A stretch of 64,000 nucleotides of DNA from an uncultured bacterium (lineage in GTDB: Bacteria > Bacteroidota > Rhodothermia > Balneolales > DATFMH01), in contig CAVQHI010000001.1 of assembly GCA_963712305.1 (NCBI GenBank), forward strand, positions 1,077,383 through 1,141,382, read 5' to 3'. The notes below the pieces were generated by a model. It had not been told where the DNA came from, ran no database searches, and saw only the letters and a list, made by a program, of their open reading frames with translations. Shown in pieces: positions 9,990 to 21,400 of this stretch (positions within the stretch are counted from its first letter, which is position 1; each line of letters begins with the position of its first letter). Both the position numbers and the translations under genes were made by a program.

Positions 9990-10096
9990 TTTTGAATGTT
10001 TAATTATGAATTTTGAATTACCATCACATTAGCGATTAACTGATCAGGTATAACTACTAACTGAGCACTGAACACTCAAATCTCAACACTTATTAA

Positions 10097-11962
10097 ATGA
10101 AACGTTACCGCTTCCTTCTGTTGGCTTCTCTCCTTCTTATTTCTGTCAACGGATTTGCACAGTCCACTCTGCCAATGGCACGAAATATTCAAAAGGCTTA
10201 CGAAAACGGGACACGATCATCGGATGGGACTCCTGGCAAGAGCTACTGGCAAAATAGTGCGGACTATAAGATCAACGTTACATTCTCTCCTGAGACGCGG
10301 CTTCTTTCAGGATCGGAGGAAATTACTTACAACAATGCAAGTCCGGATACCCTACACCAAATCTGGTTCAAGCTTTATCCGAATCTATATAAAGAAGGAT
10401 CACAACGGGGCCAAAACATCAAGCCAGAGGATTTGAGTGATGGCATTCAGATTGGATCACTCTCCATCGATGGCATAACACAGGATGCGGGCGAGGCGCG
10501 CGTTCGCCGGGACCAACATGATCGTTAATATCAAACCACTGGCTCCGGGAAAGAAAATGCATTTCAATATTTCTTTCTCCTACGTTTTGAATAAAACGTC
10601 TCACATTCGAACGGGTGAAGTTGAAAAGGGGTCCTATTTCATCGCCTATTTCTTCCCTCGGATCGCCGTTTATGATGATGTGCATGGCTGGAACAGGATT
10701 CCCTACACGGGCACTCAGGAATTTTACAACGATTTTTGCAATTTCGACACAAGAATCACGGTCCCCAAAGACTATGTCGTCTGGGCTACCGGGACACTGC
10801 AGAATAGCGATAGCGTGTTGGCTTCTAAATATATTCAGCGTATAAAAGAAGCGGAAACAAACGATGGCATCACCACAGTAATCGATAGTACGGATCTGCA
10901 AAGGGAGATATCACAGCGCAAAATCCCACCAATACCTGGCATTTTAACGCGTCTGATGTCACCGACTTCGTGTTTGCAACCAGCGATCATTACATTTGGA
11001 AATCATCGAGCCTGGTCGTTGATCCCAAAACAGGTCAACGCACACGCGTGGATGCAGCCTTTAATCCAAAGCACAAAGACTACTTCGATGTCATCCACTA
11101 TGCTCGTAAGACGGTCGAAGCGATGAGTTACACGTTTCCGAAATGGCCTTATCCTTATCCGCACGAGACGATCTATGATGGACTGGATCAGATGGAATAC
11201 CCCATGATGGTCAATGATAACCCACTTGAAAACAGTGCTGATGCCATCGAACTCACTGATCACGAGATCTTTCATATGATGTTCCCCTTTTATATGGGTA
11301 CCAACGAGACGCGGTATGCCTGGATGGATGAAGGCTGGGCAACGATCGGTGAATGGATCATCTCGCCAATCATCGACTCAACCATCGTCGATGAATACGG
11401 TATGCGTCCATACGATTTTAGTGCCGGCAATGAAGAGGATTTGCCGATCATCACACCAAGTACGCAGGAAAACGGGACCGATTATTACTTGAACTCCTAT
11501 CCCAAACCCGCACTCGGCTATCTCTACGTGAAGGATATGCTCGGCGACAAACTATTTACCAAGGCACTTCATCATTACATAGAAGAGTGGCACGGAAAAC
11601 ATCCCATTCCCTACGACTTCTTCTATAGCATAAACAAAGGCTCCGGAAAGAATCTGAACTGGTTCTGGAACAATTGGTTCTTCGAAAAAGGATATCCTGA
11701 TCTGGCAATCTCAAAAGTTCGTAAGAGAGGCAGCAAATATACTGTAACCGTCGAATCCAAAGGCAACAAAATTGTGCCTGTTGATCTGACTATTACATAC
11801 ACTGACAAAGACACTCAAAAAATTCACCGCGATATTTCCTGCTGGGAAAAAGGTAACAAGATGGTTTCCATCACCTTCAAATCAAACAAAAAAGTCCAGA
11901 ATATCACGCTTGGCGGTAATACGATGCGGATTCTGATCAATCGAACAATGTATATATCATGA
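10097..11962 (+). pseudogene. M1 family metallopeptidase (secreted), split across three ORFs by two frameshifts
   Basis: Signal peptide ...SVNGFA-Q and zinc site HEIFHMMFPFYMGTNETRYAWMDEGWA (HExxH-X18-E). Protein continuity is restored by frame changes near 10505-10514 and 10897-10905. Confidence 0.8.
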
Positions 11963-12212
11963 ATAAATAATGTAAACGTGTGGGTAGTCACAATCACAGA
12001 CTTGCAACATGTTACTGGATACACTTTATTAAAGAGTGTTTTGGTTTTATGTGTTCAGTGATTAGTTGGAATTGACTCGCCACTCTTATTACTGAAAGCA
12101 AATGAAATCTCTTCATTCCGTGTTGTGTTCGAACACTTATGGGTGAAAAAACGTTGCAAAGAAGGCACCATCTAATTCATAATTAAGAATTTAAAACCTA
12201 AATTAATGCGGA

Positions 12213-14047
12213 ATGCCTGAGCATTTTCTAATAGGATTGGGGCTGATATTAATTATCGGGATAGCTGCCCAGTGGATAGCATGGAAAACACATCTGCCTG
12301 CCATCCTTCTTGTTGATTTGTGGAATTGTAGCCGGACCGTCACAGGACTCATTCATCCCGATCAGCTACTTGGAAATACGCTGTTTCCGATTGTATCGCT
12401 GTCTGTAGCGGTAATCCTGTTTGAGGGTGGACTCAGTCTTCGAATTGATGAATTACGTGAGATCGGAGGCGTCATCTTTCGTCTCATTGCCATTGGCATA
12501 TCTATTACCTGGGTTCTTAGTTCACTCTTTGCCTACTTGCTGCTGGATTTTAACGTTTATCTCTCAGTCCTCTTTGGGGCCATCCTGATCGTCACAGGTC
12601 CCACCGTCATAATCCCCTTGCTTCGGCAGGTACGCCCATCCGGACAGGTAGGTTCGATTTTAAAGTGGGAAGGCATCGTCAATGATCCGATCGGTGCCAG
12701 TGTGGCCGTTTTGGTATTAGGTAATCATGGTCAGCGGCACAAACAATGGCGTGGGCGTCGCAGCTGTCGGAGCCATTAAAACGCTAATCTTTGGAGTTGG
12801 TGTTGGATTTGCCGGTGCAGCAATCATGTACTTTTTCCTAAAACGTCACCTGATCCCCATTTCCTGCAAAATCCTATTACATTAATGCTGGTTGTTGCAG
12901 CGTTTATGGGAGCAGATTTGCTTCAGGAAGAATCCGGGTTGTTGGCGGTGACTGTCATGGGTTTCGCCCTAACCAACCAAAAATCGGTGCGGGTAAAGCA
13001 TAGTATAGAGTTCAAGGAAAATCTACGGGTCATCCTGATCTCCCTTCTTTTTATTATTCTCGCGGCCCGACTTCAGCTATCGGACCTCCAACATCTCAAC
13101 TGGTCGATATTGCTTTTCCTGGTACTTTTGATCCTGGTTGTGCGTCCGGCAGCAGTATACGCTTCAACGCTGGGTTCGAAACTGAATTGGAAGGAGCGCC
13201 TGTTCCTGATTGCTATGGCTCCCCGTGGGATTGTTGCTGCAGCCATATCTGCAATTTTCGCATTCCAGCTCGGCTCAGAGGGATATCCGGAAGCCAGTTT
13301 GATGATACCGTATATCTTTGTTGTGATTATCGGAACAGTGACTATTTATGGATTATTGGCTACCCCGCTTGCGCGGAAACTCGGCGTTGCAAAACCCATT
13401 CCAGAGGATTGCTGATTCTCGGTGCACAAAATTGGGTACGCAACGTGGCGCTCGAACTCAAAAAGCTAGGTTTTCGCGTCATCGTTGCCGACACGAACTG
13501 GTATAATATCAGGGAAGCACGAATGAGTGGCCTAAAGACTTACTATGGTAACATTTTGGCAGAATACGCACTCAATGAGATCAACCTTGATGGAATTGGT
13601 CATTTTCTTGCCGTAACACCTAACGACGAGGTCAATTCACTCGCCACACTGCGATTCAGCGAAATTCTCGGGCGGTCTGAGGTATATCAACTCACTTCAG
13701 ATACAGATGGTAAAAAGGGAGAGATGAGCAGCGAACTGAATGGAAGAATCGTTCCGAAAACAACTGAATGATCTGCGTATCAAGACCTTGTTTTCAGATG
13801 GGGCTGAGCTGCGGGCAACTAACCTGACCGAGGAATTTAATTAAAGACGCTCACTACTGGTGGTGCCCAACTCGTCATCCCGCTATTTCTAATTACACAG
13901 GCTGGCGATATCCGCATATTTGCAACGGATAACCCACCCGAACCACAATCAGGTCAACGAATTATAACCATCGCCTTAGAACGTGAAAAAGCTCCGCAAT
14001 GGTTTTTAGAAGAAGCTGAAGCAGAGCAGGAAAGAGGAAACAAATAA
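12213..14047 (+). pseudogene. CPA1-type cation/H+ antiporter with a C-terminal TrkA-N-like domain, carrying about 7 frameshifts
   Basis: Pieces of one protein appear in alternating frames: LPAIL/LLICGIVAGP/VTGLIHPDQ, MVSGTNNGVGV...KRHLIP/DFLQNPITLMLVV, ...ARKLGVAKP/GLLILGAQNW...VIVAD, FRKQLNDLRIKTLFSDGAELRATNLTEEFN/LKTLTTGGAQLVIPLFLIT...RGNK*. Confidence 0.75.
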
Positions 14048-14298
14048 CCCAATCTGGAGCCGATTATTGTTATGCTAAACCGTTATCAATTCCTGTTCGT
14101 TGTAGAAATTCACAAATGACTCTGTCTCCTGTATCCACGCTACACGGGGTCAAAATCTGAAATCAACGATGTAATCTCTTCAAGATCACCATTCGGCTCG
14201 TACGGTGCAAATCCGCCCAATTGCTGATTGGTTAATAGCGTATAAAACTATAGTTCTGAGAATATAAGGGTGATTCACAAAAAGGAAGAATTATTTGA

Positions 14299-16332
14299 TC
14301 AATTAACCGTCGTATCATTGATGATCTTCTCAGCATCAGTGAAGCGATTGGATTTCTGAAGTGCCTCAATCAGGAAAGATCGCAGAATAGTATTATTTGG
14401 ATGTGTCTGGTAAAAGGTATCCCATCGCCTGCATAATTCATCAAGCGTACCAGATTTCTCGGCTATTTTTATGCTCATTCGGTAAGCAGACTCATCGGCC
14501 GGCGATAAACCTTCGATCTTTGCATATGTCAGAGCAGCCTTGTCATACTTCCTCTGTTCATAGTAAATGTTACCCAAGAACTTATTCGCCTCAATAAGTT
14601 TTGGTGCCCACCTGACTGCCAGTTCTGTTAATTCCAAAGCTCTTTTCACATTACCGGATTGATACTCGTGTTCCCCCACCAGGTAATAAAGAACGGCCGA
14701 TCCCTTGTACCGATGAAGTAACTTTTGAAGTACCGGATCAACCTTGGTTTTATCGAAGCTTGTTGTAAAATAATGGAAGACCGTTTCAGCTAATTCGTTT
14801 GTTGTATCAGGCTGCTGTTTTTGCTGGTATTCCCTTGCCAGGCTGTCCAGGTTTACAGATCCTGCAAACTGCTGTTTAAATTTCTTTTGTTCGTCTTCGA
14901 TCTTATGCAGACTGATGACGAGCGCCTTACGAGTCAGCTCAATTGACTCGTTTCCATTTCCGGGATGAACTAATACGGCTAAGCGGTAAAAAACATTCGG
15001 ATTGGTGCTTCCCAAGTCAATGGCTTTACGGTAATTAGTTCGTGAGCTGTCTTCTTGATCGAGGTGTTCGAATATTACTCCAAGGTGATAATATACATCG
15101 GCAACTAATTGGATCTTTCTCAGCTTTCTGTAAGTGCCCAGTGCTTCCATCCATTTACCTGCCTGCTCTTCGGTTTTCGCCTTCATTCTGAGTAGTTGAA
15201 TATTATCAGGCTCTATGGACGTCAAAGAACGAAGCAGTTGCGTGGACTCCAGAAACTTCTCATCTCTGTTATAACTTAAAGCTTTTTTGATGCCATACTT
15301 TACAGTATCACCAGATAATGTAACCAGCGTATCATAAACAGCACGCTCAGCCTCCCTTTGACCTGATTGTTTATACGTATCAGCAATTTTCTGATAAACT
15401 GACAGATCGTCCGGAAACTGCTTTTGCATTTTCCTAAGCACAATCATCTCCCTTTTAAAGCTTCCGTAATGCTCGTTCAGCTTGATCAGAGAACTATAGA
15501 TTTCCTTATTCTCAGGGAATTTTTGCAACAGGCTGTCATATACGACATTGGCCTCATTCATTTTATGCGATGAAGCTAACAGTTCGGCATAGATTACACC
15601 AATTTTAGGATTATCAGGCTCGAGCTTATACAAGATTCTATATTCCTTCAATGTCTCGTCAGCCTTCTTAAGTTTATATAGTGCACTCGCTTTCATGCGA
15701 TGAAGCGAGATATCGTTTGGATGATCCTTTAATAAACTGTCGCCCAGATTTTGAGCATCCTCCCAGCGTTCCTGATTGAGATAGGCCAGCACCAATCCGC
15801 GTTCGGCATTCAAACTGAGTGTATCGTATCGCTGTGCTTTGTACAAGTACGTCACTACCTCATCCCATTTCTTTACATCATTCGCATTCTGTGCCTTTTG
15901 GAGATAAATATTATAAAGACGCTTATTCAACATCTTCTGATCGTAAATCTCCGATTCTCCCTTTTTCCCAATCAGTTTTTCAAATGCACTGAGTGCCTCA
16001 TTCAAACGCTGCTGGCTGTATAAAGAATTTGCTTTTATCCACCTTAATGATGCATCATCCGGGAAGTAATGGAGTCCAAGGTTCGCTGAGTATTCTGCCA
16101 AATCAGACATTTCGGAATTTTGATAGCTGGCCGCAAGTAATACATAGGCTTTCCTTTGCAGCGAATCAGCCTTCAGTGATTGCTCGAGAGAATTGATGGC
16201 AGATTGATAGTTTTTATTATTGAAATACTGCATTCCTTCCTGCAGATATATTTCGCCGGAACCACTTTGAGCATACAGCGAATTACTCCCCAAAAAGAAA
16301 AATCCCAATAAGATCCAGCTAACTTTATACAT
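14299..16332 (-). CDS. secreted tetratricopeptide-repeat (TPR) protein; last gene of the giant-protein operon
   Basis: Signal peptide MYKVSWILLGFFFLGSNSLYA-Q. Many 34-aa TPR-like units run through all 677 aa (for example A..YL..G..Y....Y..A). Confidence 0.8.
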   Translation of the reverse strand: MYKVSWILLGFFFLGSNSLYAQSGSGEIYLQEGMQYFNNKNYQSAINSLEQSLKADSLQRKAYVLLAASYQNSEMSDLAEYSANLGLHYFPDDASLRWIKANSLYSQQRLNEALSAFEKLIGKKGESEIYDQKMLNKRLYNIYLQKAQNANDVKKWDEVVTYLYKAQRYDTLSLNAERGLVLAYLNQERWEDAQNLGDSLLKDHPNDISLHRMKASALYKLKKADETLKEYRILYKLEPDNPKIGVIYAELLASSHKMNEANVVYDSLLQKFPENKEIYSSLIKLNEHYGSFKREMIVLRKMQKQFPDDLSVYQKIADTYKQSGQREAERAVYDTLVTLSGDTVKYGIKKALSYNRDEKFLESTQLLRSLTSIEPDNIQLLRMKAKTEEQAGKWMEALGTYRKLRKIQLVADVYYHLGVIFEHLDQEDSSRTNYRKAIDLGSTNPNVFYRLAVLVHPGNGNESIELTRKALVISLHKIEDEQKKFKQQFAGSVNLDSLAREYQQKQQPDTTNELAETVFHYFTTSFDKTKVDPVLQKLLHRYKGSAVLYYLVGEHEYQSGNVKRALELTELAVRWAPKLIEANKFLGNIYYEQRKYDKAALTYAKIEGLSPADESAYRMSIKIAEKSGTLDELCRRWDTFYQTHPNNTILRSFLIEALQKSNRFTDAEKIINDTTVN

Positions 16333-16368
16333 CCCTTTTTAAACTTACGACATTCAGCGGAATCGATT

Positions 16369-18405
16369 TTATCGCGCTTTGAACTCTACAGGTTCACTAT
16401 TTTTGCTTTCATTTTCTGAAGTATCAACGGCTCTGACAATCAACCACTCCCCGTTTCCAATCCCCCTGTTTCTCAAATTATAATGATTTTGACTGATCAA
16501 TGAATCCGAAACCAGATGATAAACGCCTGTTTGCAGGTTAGATTTATAAATACGGTAACCGGCCATATCATATGTAACGACGGGACTCCATGTCAATACA
16601 AAATTATCCCCGTTCCTCCTGATCCGGACATTGGAAACTCTGCGTGGAGGCTGATGATCGCGAACCCAAACCGTGTCAGATGATACTGCCGAGCTCTTAT
16701 TCCCAGCCGAATCCACAGCTATCATACTGTACAGATACCGATGTCCGAGCTCGATTTGTTCATCCCTCCAGCTTGTTGTTCCCGGATTGAAGTGGCGTGT
16801 TTGTGAACTATCCGTATCTAGTCTCTTTTTTGATAGCTTATAGGTTGTTGCATCGCCGGATGCAGAGTGAGTCCAGATGACATCAATCCAGGCTGCATCA
16901 TGGTTACGGGCACGGAGGTAAGATGGAGGTTTCGGCGGAGTGTTATCTGGAACCTGATAAACGGTAAACAAAGTATCACTCACATTATTGCTGCTGTCAA
17001 GTGCAGCCAGACCATAGCGGTAGTAGGCACCCTCACTGAATCCCAAACCGCCGTTCCCTTTATCTGTAAATACGGTATCACGCATATTGGAAAGATTCAG
17101 TTTGAGAAACCCATCACTTGATGTCTCATTTCCGTTTTGACGCAGAATGATCCAGCTTTTAAAATCACGAGGCATCCTTGAAGGTGTCCACGACAGGTTC
17201 ACTACCGAGTCTTTGTAACTCACCGTGATCCTGCGTGGTGAGGGCGGTGGCGTTACATCCTGGTATAATGCAGAGCCGGGAACACTCTTCGGACTCTCAT
17301 TTCCAGCCGAGTCAACAGCCGAAACACTGTAATAGTAGACATTGCCCTGAACCGCAGTTGTATCGGTGTAACTTTGGTTCTCCGCCGGTAACAGTTGGTT
17401 TGTCATCAACGAGTAGCTGTCCTCCATGTTCTTTTTGCGATACACCCGATACCCTTCCACATCCAGGTCCTTGCTGCTTGGCCAGCTAACCAACATCCCC
17501 TTTTGTCCCGCCACTGCTCCAACGGCACTGATGACATTTGGTGGCACATTATCGATAACATTGTAATCCAACACCTCGCTGGGTTCACTTTCCTGGCCCG
17601 TGATTGAAACGGCCCGGACGAAAAAGTGGGCGGTCACTCCGGATCTGTCCACATTGAAGGTATATTGGAATTGCTGCTTGTCTGTCTGCCTTAATATGAT
17701 GTCGGGATCGTTAATGAGCTGAATATTCCCGTTATTATCCTTCTGATATACATTAAACCGAATTACATGATCATCATTTTGAAGATTGAATGACGCATAT
17801 TTCCATTTCAGCGTTATCAGATTGCCTTTATTTTTAGCAGACAGATCAGTGGACGTCGTCATCACGTGTGGCTTAAGCGTTACCTTTTTGTCCAGGATCT
17901 TTCCCGTGGGATTCCCGATATCATTCACAAACTCTATGTGGTAGGTAACTGTGGAACCTATTGATGCAGTAGAATCGATATAAAGCCGTCCCAAAGCCTG
18001 TGCAACTTCGGGAAACGTAAACGAATACAATCTTCCTTCAACAGGATGTGATCTCAACTTCAGAAACAAACTTTGCGGTGTATAAGCCTGCATCGCTTCT
18101 TGCAACACATCATATTGATCACCTAGAACGCCTTTCAACATTGCCGGATAGGCTACTGAAAGAATCGGCTCATCATTGAGCTTTTTGAGAGAATCCGATC
18201 CCTGATCTTTCCGGTAAATATTGAAACCATGTCCCGGCGGAGGCAGCATCGTATGATAAATATAGACTGCCTTTCCCCGTATAGCAATGCGCATTTGAGG
18301 CGAACTGTTATCCTGAGATTTGGCTGGTTTTATCTGACCCATAACCATCAAACAGCATGCACCGCAAAAGACGGCTAAAAACTTCCTGAATCCTCCAGAT
18401 CTCAT
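16369..18405 (-). CDS. secreted fibronectin type III repeat protein
   Basis: Signal-peptide-like N-terminus. At least 5 FN3-like modules are bounded by D-x-(T/V)-P-P-x-P linkers and end in Y.Y.v.AvD.sGNeS-type strands. The ATG lies 2 nt after the giant gene's stop codon. Confidence 0.8.
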   Translation of the reverse strand: MRSGGFRKFLAVFCGACCLMVMGQIKPAKSQDNSSPQMRIAIRGKAVYIYHTMLPPPGHGFNIYRKDQGSDSLKKLNDEPILSVAYPAMLKGVLGDQYDVLQEAMQAYTPQSLFLKLRSHPVEGRLYSFTFPEVAQALGRLYIDSTASIGSTVTYHIEFVNDIGNPTGKILDKKVTLKPHVMTTSTDLSAKNKGNLITLKWKYASFNLQNDDHVIRFNVYQKDNNGNIQLINDPDIILRQTDKQQFQYTFNVDRSGVTAHFFVRAVSITGQESEPSEVLDYNVIDNVPPNVISAVGAVAGQKGMLVSWPSSKDLDVEGYRVYRKKNMEDSYSLMTNQLLPAENQSYTDTTAVQGNVYYYSVSAVDSAGNESPKSVPGSALYQDVTPPPSPRRITVSYKDSVVNLSWTPSRMPRDFKSWIILRQNGNETSSDGFLKLNLSNMRDTVFTDKGNGGLGFSEGAYYRYGLAALDSSNNVSDTLFTVYQVPDNTPPKPPSYLRARNHDAAWIDVIWTHSASGDATTYKLSKKRLDTDSSQTRHFNPGTTSWRDEQIELGHRYLYSMIAVDSAGNKSSAVSSDTVWVRDHQPPRRVSNVRIRRNGDNFVLTWSPVVTYDMAGYRIYKSNLQTGVYHLVSDSLISQNHYNLRNRGIGNGEWLIVRAVDTSENESKNSEPVEFKAR

Positions 18406-18407
18406 TA

Positions 18408-21400
18408 TTAATTCCCAAATGAACTGTTAATATTATAATTATACACCGGTTTATTAACCTGTACTTTCTCGCTTTGGGCACCGCTCAGCCAAACTACCCG
18501 GGTCAACCCATTTCCATTAGTGATACGAATCCCCACTTCAAGATTTCGATAAAGTGTAATCATATACGGATACACGCCATAACTGAATGTTATTTCTATT
18601 GAGGTCGACTGTCCGGCTGGCACCAGGTCCGTAATTGCAACCAGGTCGTGCCATTGCCCCGAGCTTTCGTTACCGACTGTAGTAACCTTATACTCAACCC
18701 GGCGAATACCCGATTGCGGATCTTTGATGTTGCTCACAGTCAACCGGGCCCGTTTATTAGACAAGCTGCTAAGGTTCACCGTTGGTTTGGCCGGTATACT
18801 TTTATCAATGACAACAGGACCGGTTACCGCTGCGGTTGAATTCATGTTCTGTTTATTAAATGTGCGATAATGGACGTAGTAGGTTCCTGATGACAACTGA
18901 TCGTTTGACACATCTAACTCAGTTGCTGGTAAGTTTCCCGGCCACTGAATATCGCCCTTAGCCGCCTGTTGCCATACATAAATTCCGAATTCCCCTCCAA
19001 GCCCCGGTTGCAATTCATCAGTTGGACTGTCGGGCCAGGTTTTAATCGTTGGCTCCCCGGTTGCGGTCTGACCGATAGCGTACTCACGTCCTTTGATATC
19101 AGACTCAAGGTCTACCGATGGCTTTGTCACATACAGGCGAATGACGTCAGGCATTATCATCGCAGCAACTTTGGGTTTATATGGCGAGGTCGGATCATGA
19201 ATGACTACCGGTCCGAAACGATCGGATTTGCCATATAAGCCGGCATTATTTTGGGCCCTGACGAAGAAATAAAGCGAATCTTTAAAATTCAGTTTACCTC
19301 CTCTTAACTGTACCATTTGATTCTTTGTAGAATCAAGAGACATTGCATCTGAGAAAGCGGCACTGGTATCAGGATTATTCGTAATTACATATTGATAATT
19401 GTAGATGCCCGATTCACTATCTCTTGCCGGCGACCACTTGAGAGTGTAACTGGGTGTTGCGCTGCTGTAAGTGTACGTTGGTCCCTCCATTTGAGGCCTG
19501 TGTTGTACTACAGGAGTAGCCTGCCTATTACCGAATCCGTACACCTGGTATCCACCGCTGACAGGCTGATAAATATACACGGGTTGAATATCAGGAGCAG
19601 AAGGAGCCGTTCCATCATACATGACACCCGACTGTACATGCTTTTCCCTGCTTCGCAGTCCCTCGGAGTTCGTTGAACGAACGCTAACATAAACCGGGTG
19701 ATCGCTACTTAACCTCAGATCATTGGCCGTAATATGATATCTCACATTTGCCATTCCACCGTTATTGCCGCCGCTGCTCAATCGTTGTCCGTGAGCGTCA
19801 GTCCATTGCACGACATTCTGTCCCCCGGGATATGTTCCGATAGCATATTCAACCGATGCAATATCAGATTCCATATCGATCGTCGTGACATCAAACTCAA
19901 TCCTGTCTCTGTCATGAGACATGTATACATATTGCAACCCGGTATTGCTGTTACTGCCGGAGCCGCCAGAACCGTTATAGTTCGTTCCATTTGGCAGATT
20001 ACTACTCGTTGACATACTCAACTGGGCACCCGTAGTTGTTTTGGTCAAATCACCCACAAATCTCTGCGTTTTGTGATATGGGAATGTGACATATGGTGTT
20101 GACGGAGCTGTGTTATCATGATTAATAACATTCTGAGTGTTAGTTACAGAAGGTTCTGGCGATCCGGGGTCAACTGGAACGTCCACCGATGCCACTCTTG
20201 AAATAGTATTTCCTGCTGGTCCCCTCGCACGAACAATTACGCGATAATGTCCGGTTTTCTGTGATGAGGTCCTCTTGAAGGCATAGTAATCCAGATGATC
20301 CTCCGATCCCGCAGTAACCAAATTGCTTGAAAAGATCGATGTTCCGGTCCCCGGTTCAACCAGGATGCTATTTTCAACGACATCGCCGGTCGGATGAGAG
20401 CTGCTCCAGTTAATCTTCATATCATTTCGATAATCATCCTGATCATATTGCATCGTGATGTTATTCACCACTGGAGGTGCAAGCTGTTGATCAAGCTGGT
20501 TCATCTCCTCTTCGATACCGGCGGCTGCAGAATCACCCATCACTGATTTGCGCCAGTTAGCATACACGTCCATCATTCCATACAAGGTGGCCGTCATATT
20601 TGCTTTGATACTGTATATCGTATCCTCAAGCTCGGTGAAACGTTTATGCTTTTGCTTCAGATCGTTTTTGATCGTGTTATAATACTGGATGAGTGAGTCC
20701 GCCATCATCCTGGAATTGCTTTTCAGTGAATCGGCGCCATCCTTAACCGTTTTATACCAAAGCTCCTGGGCCGTGGTCCGGAACATATTTTTAAATGCCC
20801 CGGGATTATTGTTTGCCAGTGCCTGTCTCATTGCGTCTGCTGTCTGGCTCGAATCCGATGTCGCTTGTTGGTTATCGCGTGTCAGATGGTGGATGAAATA
20901 ACGACGCATTCTTGCAACTTTTATGGCCGTACTTTTATAGTCATCTTTGATCTGGCCATTACTGTTGGACATCGTATTAGTGATGTCGTCGATTGCAGAG
21001 TTTATCGATCCATGTAAGCCAGAGATTTGATTACCCACACTTTGTGCCCCATAATAGAGCTGCCATCTCCGATTGATGCGATAACTGTAAAAGTTGTTGT
21101 ACTCATGCTCCATATCGAGATAAGACTTCGCAACATCGTTTAGAGTCGGGCCCAAATACAATGTTATGGCAGGCAATACATGCAGTTCTCCGCCAGCCAT
21201 AAAACTTGTTCCCTGCGTTGTAATTGTAGCCCTTCCTGAAAGTGACTGATCGATTCCGGAAATCATAGTATAAACCGTATCAATCACACTCCGATACTGC
21301 TGGTCGAGCTGCGCGATGCTCTGTTTGTAATTTGCCAGATTATCGCTGTTTTGATTTGCAAGATCAGTATTTACCGAGAATGAGGGCGCACTGCCACTAC

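Noticed and set aside
12885-13771. The ORFs at 12885-13415 and 13187-13771 treated as independent genes
   Set aside because: They are consecutive pieces of one CPA1 antiporter with a TrkA-N-like domain, read in different frames. They are annotated as one frameshifted gene instead.
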